DNA from: Balanoglossus misakiensis
Lineage: Eukaryota; Animalia; Hemichordata
NCBI GenBank assembly: GCA_040954595.2
Contig: CM082584.2
Coordinates: 7,645,919 to 7,709,918, forward strand
Direction of reading: 5' to 3'
Length of the DNA: 64,000 bases
Shown here: piece after piece, positions 58,722 through 64,000 of the stretch
Layout: every line of letters starts with the position of its first letter
Numbering within the stretch: position 1 is the stretch's first letter
Made by a program: the position numbers and the translations under genes
Notes under the pieces: generated by a model
Told to the model about the DNA's origin: nothing
What the model saw: the letters and a program-made list of their open reading frames with translations, nothing else
Databases searched by the model: none

Positions 58722-58740
58722 TGGACACTAGGTGGCGCTA
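58722..58740 (+). promoter_or_regulatory. CTCF-like motif
   Basis: tggacactaggtggcgcta vs consensus TGGCCACCAGGGGGCGCTA: 16/19 identical, two of the differences at degenerate positions. Confidence 0.35.
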
Positions 58741-59229
58741 AACAGCATTAAAATAAACTTCAAACGACTGAGATCTAATTGTACTTGTCATGAACGTCCA
58801 TTTTAAATAAATGCCACCCAAACGGCCCACTTTGCAGAATGAAGCCAAGGTCATGAACAAGTAGTTACAGAAAAAGTTAAATCAATCGTCATTATAATAC
58901 AAAATCTGCGGTGCAACAACAAATTTTATCGGTTATGGCCGGGGGCGCTGTCAATTTAATCCTACGTTCCGCTGTGTCTATCAGAAAACCTTTGAAGAGA
59001 TTCGTGCTACGTCGGTTGGTTTTATTTTTGACTTGATTGATTTTTGTATTACGGTAACCCGTCGTGCCTTTTGCTTTGAAAGCTTTTAATGGAGTGATAA
59101 ACAATAAACTATAATCTTCTTCACTGCAAGTGCGCATTATGTATTATTAGATGAGTTCAGACCTCTATCTGCGTAATGGCTTTAGTATCTTTTCAGTAAA
59201 TGCAACGTATTGTGCATATCGACTTCATT

Positions 59230-59556
59230 TTAAGGTAGAATGCACCTCGAAAATCGAAGTAGTATTTTTTCTGACATTTGCTCAGGGTAATTTTAAAATT
59301 GAAACATATTAGAATAAAAAATTGGTGTCACCGTGCAAAGTGGGCGAAATTGTCTCAAATTTAAAATTCAAAATGGCCGCCATTCACTATGTTAATTCTA
59401 CGGAGAAATGTTAATGTGAAAACTGGGGCATGTTGTATAAAGACGAGCGACCTTTCTGCAACCTTCCGTGACCCTCGCTGAGGGCGGTGAACACTCTCGG
59501 ACTTGAGGGCAGATCAATGGCCTCGTCCCCCGGCGTCGAGAACTTATATACTTTAA
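59230..59556. mobile_element. Decayed TTAA-flanked non-autonomous DNA transposon (MITE; Kolobok/piggyBac-type target)
   Basis: Left end ttaaggtagaatgcacctcga and right end tcgagaacttatatactttaa are a 13/21 inverted match with TTAA at both ends. An internal 22-mer is shared with 13834-13855. Confidence 0.45.
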
Positions 59557-62500
59557 GTTTGCAAAGTTCAGTTGTAAACCATAAGATGACTAATATAACC
59601 TGAATTCTGCTGGACAAAGGTGTTTTTTTAATTTTCTAATACGCATTGCTACAGTAATTAAGGTTTGCTGTTTTCCTGGCTACAAAGGTCACGATTTACC
59701 ATGGAATTTGAAATCGAATTCTTGCCTTTCTGACACTTACGGGGAAACCCCACGAGAACAATATCATTAAGTAGTTTTCGCGAACCTCTCGCCAAACAAA
59801 TTTGGAATTAAACAATAATCTCAGCGCAAATCCACCGAGAAAACTTCAAAATGTAGAGAACATTTAATGGAAATATTTGTTGTGAGGAGTAATTTACTTC
59901 TGCAATAACGCCGCGCAGGCGACTTCAGCGCGCGTCGGTAATCACAGTTAAATTGGCTCCCAAGAAAATGTCTTTCAAATCGGTGTACTCAATCTAACGA
60001 TTAAACATGCTAATCGGCGTGACAGCCAATTTTCGTTGCCTCTGTCAAATCGCACAATGTGGGACATTGTGTAACGCGTCAGATTAATAGGCGGCGTCTG
60101 ACGTCGACGCGAATTTAAGTAAGTCCTATATTTATGAATTTTCTCAAAGCTGCCATAATTCTTTTCTTTTCATTTCAGTCGTACAGCTTTGAGCGTCCAT
60201 AATTACAACGTGATATCAATTTAACCCACAAAAAGCTCGCCTTCAGACCACGCATGTGTGCACTCGGCGCGGCAAAATGCGTCGCAATTGGAAAATTTGA
60301 CCTGACGACATGTCACTGCGAGCGCATGGGATATCAATGTCATAATTAAAACGTTTTAGAGCCAAAAATATAACTTAGAGGAAAATTGATTTTTATAATT
60401 GCGAAAAAGCTCTCTTTTCTGTTTCGCTTCAATGTCCTGGAAACAGACAATTCGGCGCCAGCAAAGGGTAGTATTTCCATGTTGGCGAATAAATGTCACT
60501 ATAAATCTTCATATTCCCGCCAAAAGAAAATTTCTGGATTGGCGCCTTCATGGAATAGTTCAGTGCGACTCTTCTTTTCATTTCACCGACAAATTGTTGC
60601 AGACCCACCAAGAACGATGATTATACTGTGTGCGAAGAAATTAATTTATGGGGAAATTTCAATTTTAAAGGGATATTATATTTCATTAGCGATGCATCAT
60701 TTAAGTCCAATTAGCCACCGTAAAATGTATGACTGTTTTCTAGAATGTTGTCATTTCTCCTGCGTCGCTCATGATATCGAGGTGTATTTTTTTTCTCCAT
60801 GACAGTGGACGACCTCGACAAGAATGGGCCTCTAGCACAACCAGCGTTTTCTTTTGCAGCTGTGCTTTAAATTATGCATAGTCATATATGCACCATTCAT
60901 ACTCAAACATGTTGGGATTCGATCAATGTGCCGGCGAGTTATTCATCTGTTTTCATATCAACAACAACTGAGCCCCGAGATGCTATTTGACGCTTCTGTC
61001 CCGTGGGACTTGAAAAGGGTTTAGGCGAAGTTGAAACGCGCCCCATGCCTGGGTGATTCCGCAGCAAGGTGGCGCGGCCCACTTTTTGTCGGTTGTCGAT
61101 TTGGGACGATTTTTCAGAAACTGGAGACAAATGTGGTGCGCCGCCTACCCCTTCTCAACAAACGATATTTTTGAGATTTCAAAAATTTACCCCGCCGTGT
61201 ATACATTTGATATCTTATTATTCCGCGCAGGTACGAAGACGGGAGGCGGACAATGTTGCTCCTGGGAATTCGGCATTCGTCATTCGTGGCATGGATTTAT
61301 CTGGCCGCATTAGACCCAAGCTACAAAAACACTTATTCAAGCGTAGATTGGTTTAAAATCACATTAAACACACGCACGGGTACAGACTCCATACAGAATG
61401 TATCGCTAAGCGCCTCTTTGACCTGTTTTTTTTTTCTTCTTCTTAAAACACGGCAGAGCACCGTGGAAGAGAACACAACTAATCAATTTTACTGCCGTTA
61501 CAATAATGGCTCGGGTTTCATTATTTCACAATTAACCTTTCCGTGCTGCTCTCTTTGGTCTCAAAATACGTCTCAGTTTCTGCCGTGGAGACCGGGTTTC
61601 CGTACGTCACAACGCGCTTGATTGATGCAAATCAAATGTCTATTTCATCATCCAATCCGTCGAACAGTAAATGGCGGCCATACCGGGGCACTTCCTTTCA
61701 TGTGATAAAAGACGCAGTTATCTGATTATTTTTGATCACTCTATTTGTTATGCACTCCTCTTTTTACTGGCATCGTCTTTAAGTTACTATTATATCTACT
61801 TTCAAAGTTTATTTTCGAGCACGCTGGTGGGAAGTATGGGCCTCTTTTTATCGTGTAATTTCCGACGGATTTACGACCATCAACTAAACAAGGCTATAGT
61901 ACAATATATTTTCTGTTCTTAGACAGTACTCAGTGACCCGGCTCTTTTTAAGGGGGCCATAATAAAACAAGGTTGGCTATAGTGCTAATATTACCTATTA
62001 CCCTTGGAAATATTCATTCTCAAATTGGCGTTATTAATTATTGATTAGCGAACAGCTCTTTCAAGTTGGTATTGTAATCGTTTGAGAGGGAAGTAAAATC
62101 ATGGGAATGTTTGCCTCAGTTGGAAAAGATGGCGTCGCCGCATTACCCTGATTTAAAATAAATATTTAGATTCCGTCGCCAGTGTCTGAAAGCAGGGATT
62201 TGGTCATGCGGTTCGTTAGTTTGTTTTTTGAGTCATACCGTGGTAACTGTCCTGCGCGTGCGTACCATGATGCCATATTTGAAGGCAAGGAACAAATCAG
62301 AATGTCACACCGGGGCAGAATGCATAATGAACAGTTTGCTCTGGAAGATCGTTAGCATATTAGAGAAATCCGACCTTTCGAAACGCACAGCACATTTTGT
62401 GAACATGAGTGAAATCTGGCCAACTGACTTTGACTGACTGTACCCACTACAGTACACGCGCGTTGACTGACTGTTGCCACCTTTCAACATTGGGCAGTCA

Positions 62501-64000
62501 TCTGATAGGTCGTCAATGTCCACGTCACAAGCAGAACATTCGAAAACATCCGTTAGCTCTAGCTCACCAGATAACATATAGTCGTCTGGTTCCCTGACCC
62601 ACTTTGCCGCTCCGCCTATGAAAAGGGTCAGGCATACGTCATTCTATTCTTAGCTGTCATTGGCCAATCAAAGCATCACGCGTGAAAATATCGATCTCTT
62701 TCTTGCGTTGGATAATCCACATTTTAAAATATTAATGAAGAAATTTCTTCATGTCTGTAGAGCAAAACGTAAAATTAGTCTGTCATTGGAAATGTATAAC
62801 ACATTTGCATTGTTTTCAGGGCAGTATTCGTCTTGAGATTGAAAATTTACGGCGGCCGTTTTGCCCCAAAGTCTTCAGTGGCAAAACAGCTGCCACCTGT
62901 GAGTCTGTCTCTTCGTTCACAGCGCAACCAATTATAGATCATTATATAACAGTGCCGAACATTTGACCTCTAATAGGTGGACCACTGTAATGCAAATTTC
63001 TCCGAAAACGTCATCGGATTCGCTTTTACTATTCTTGTGCAATGTAAAGGCAAATTTAACTTCATTTTTTGGTTCAGAAAACTTCATAGTCGTATCATAC
63101 AACGCCGCGGCCTTATCACTTCCCAAGCGAATTATTAAATGTCGAATTGTATTTTGTCGAGATATCGGAGAGGGATCAATCTAATCTACACCGCATGAAA
63201 TGTTAAAATATGATTTCTTCCTACGCATGCTGCCCCGGAAGGGAACGAGGTCGCATGGGGGTCACATAACCACGCGGGAATCGGCCAGAAAATTAACTGA
63301 GCTATACATCAAGTGAGTGCACCTTTGGCGCGAAAGCTGTCAGACTCGAAGAGTCGCACCGCGGACTCCAAGCTTCTGGAGGGAACCAACGTGATTTTTT
63401 GAATGACTTGAATCCATACACGAACAAGATCCACTTCTTTTCCCGCGTGTTCCCATTTTTTCACTTTTCGGTAGAATTGCGCGTTTTTGCTTTGCCGTGA
63501 ACATCCTCCCATTGTTTCACATCATGACACGTGCGCGTGCAGAAATAACATTTTGCATTCTTAATGCACGATTGTAAATGTCACGCGAGACACAACTGAT
63601 TCAATTCAACACAGTTAGGTATTTTCTATCTAATAAAATCGATAAAAAATAATTAGAAAACTAATTAATTCCACTGATGACGTCAGAGTAAGCTTTTATA
63701 TTTATTTAATAACTGCCGCCAACGCGAAGTTAAAGATCCCCGACCCGTTCAAGGTATTAACAAATACAAAAATGAATTTATAATACGTTAAGGTGGTTAA
63801 ATTCTAATTTTAGAGCAATAGTTTGAGAAAAGGGGTCCGGAAGAAGAGGCAATGGTTGTCATATATACATACATTGCTGGCTATTAGTTAAATAGCTTGC
63901 TTAATAGATAGATGGATGGATACCAGATTGAGAGAGAGAGAGATTTCAACTTTACGAAGTCCGTTTGGCATGTGAAGACAAGAACGAAAGGATCTTCTTG

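Overview
Eukaryotic, intron-containing animal genomic DNA; an invertebrate deuterostome is my inference only. Left end: the first three coding exons of an ADAMTS/ADAM-type metalloprotease (- strand), a complete 4-exon TauD/TfdA-family Fe(II)/2-oxoglutarate dioxygenase (+), and a single-coding-exon G-protein gamma subunit (-). Centre: a 28.4 kb satellite array (16364-44798, about 325 monomers) of an 88-bp type A and an 87-bp type B monomer. It is layered A-B-A, has local multi-monomer duplications, and is bounded by an identical 23-bp word whose SNP I saw only at the two ends. Right: a single-exon Di-Ras GTPase (-), microsatellites and decayed interspersed repeats. Most notable: (i) the DIRAS-GNG pair has the same order and orientation as vertebrate DIRAS1-GNG7 and DIRAS3-GNG12; (ii) a candidate first exon near 53.1-53.3 kb has two GTGAGT donors, one in frame only with Di-Ras and the other only with G-gamma (speculative); (iii) the terminal signature and layered architecture of the satellite. 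The long repetitive ORFs are artefacts of the 87-bp unit.
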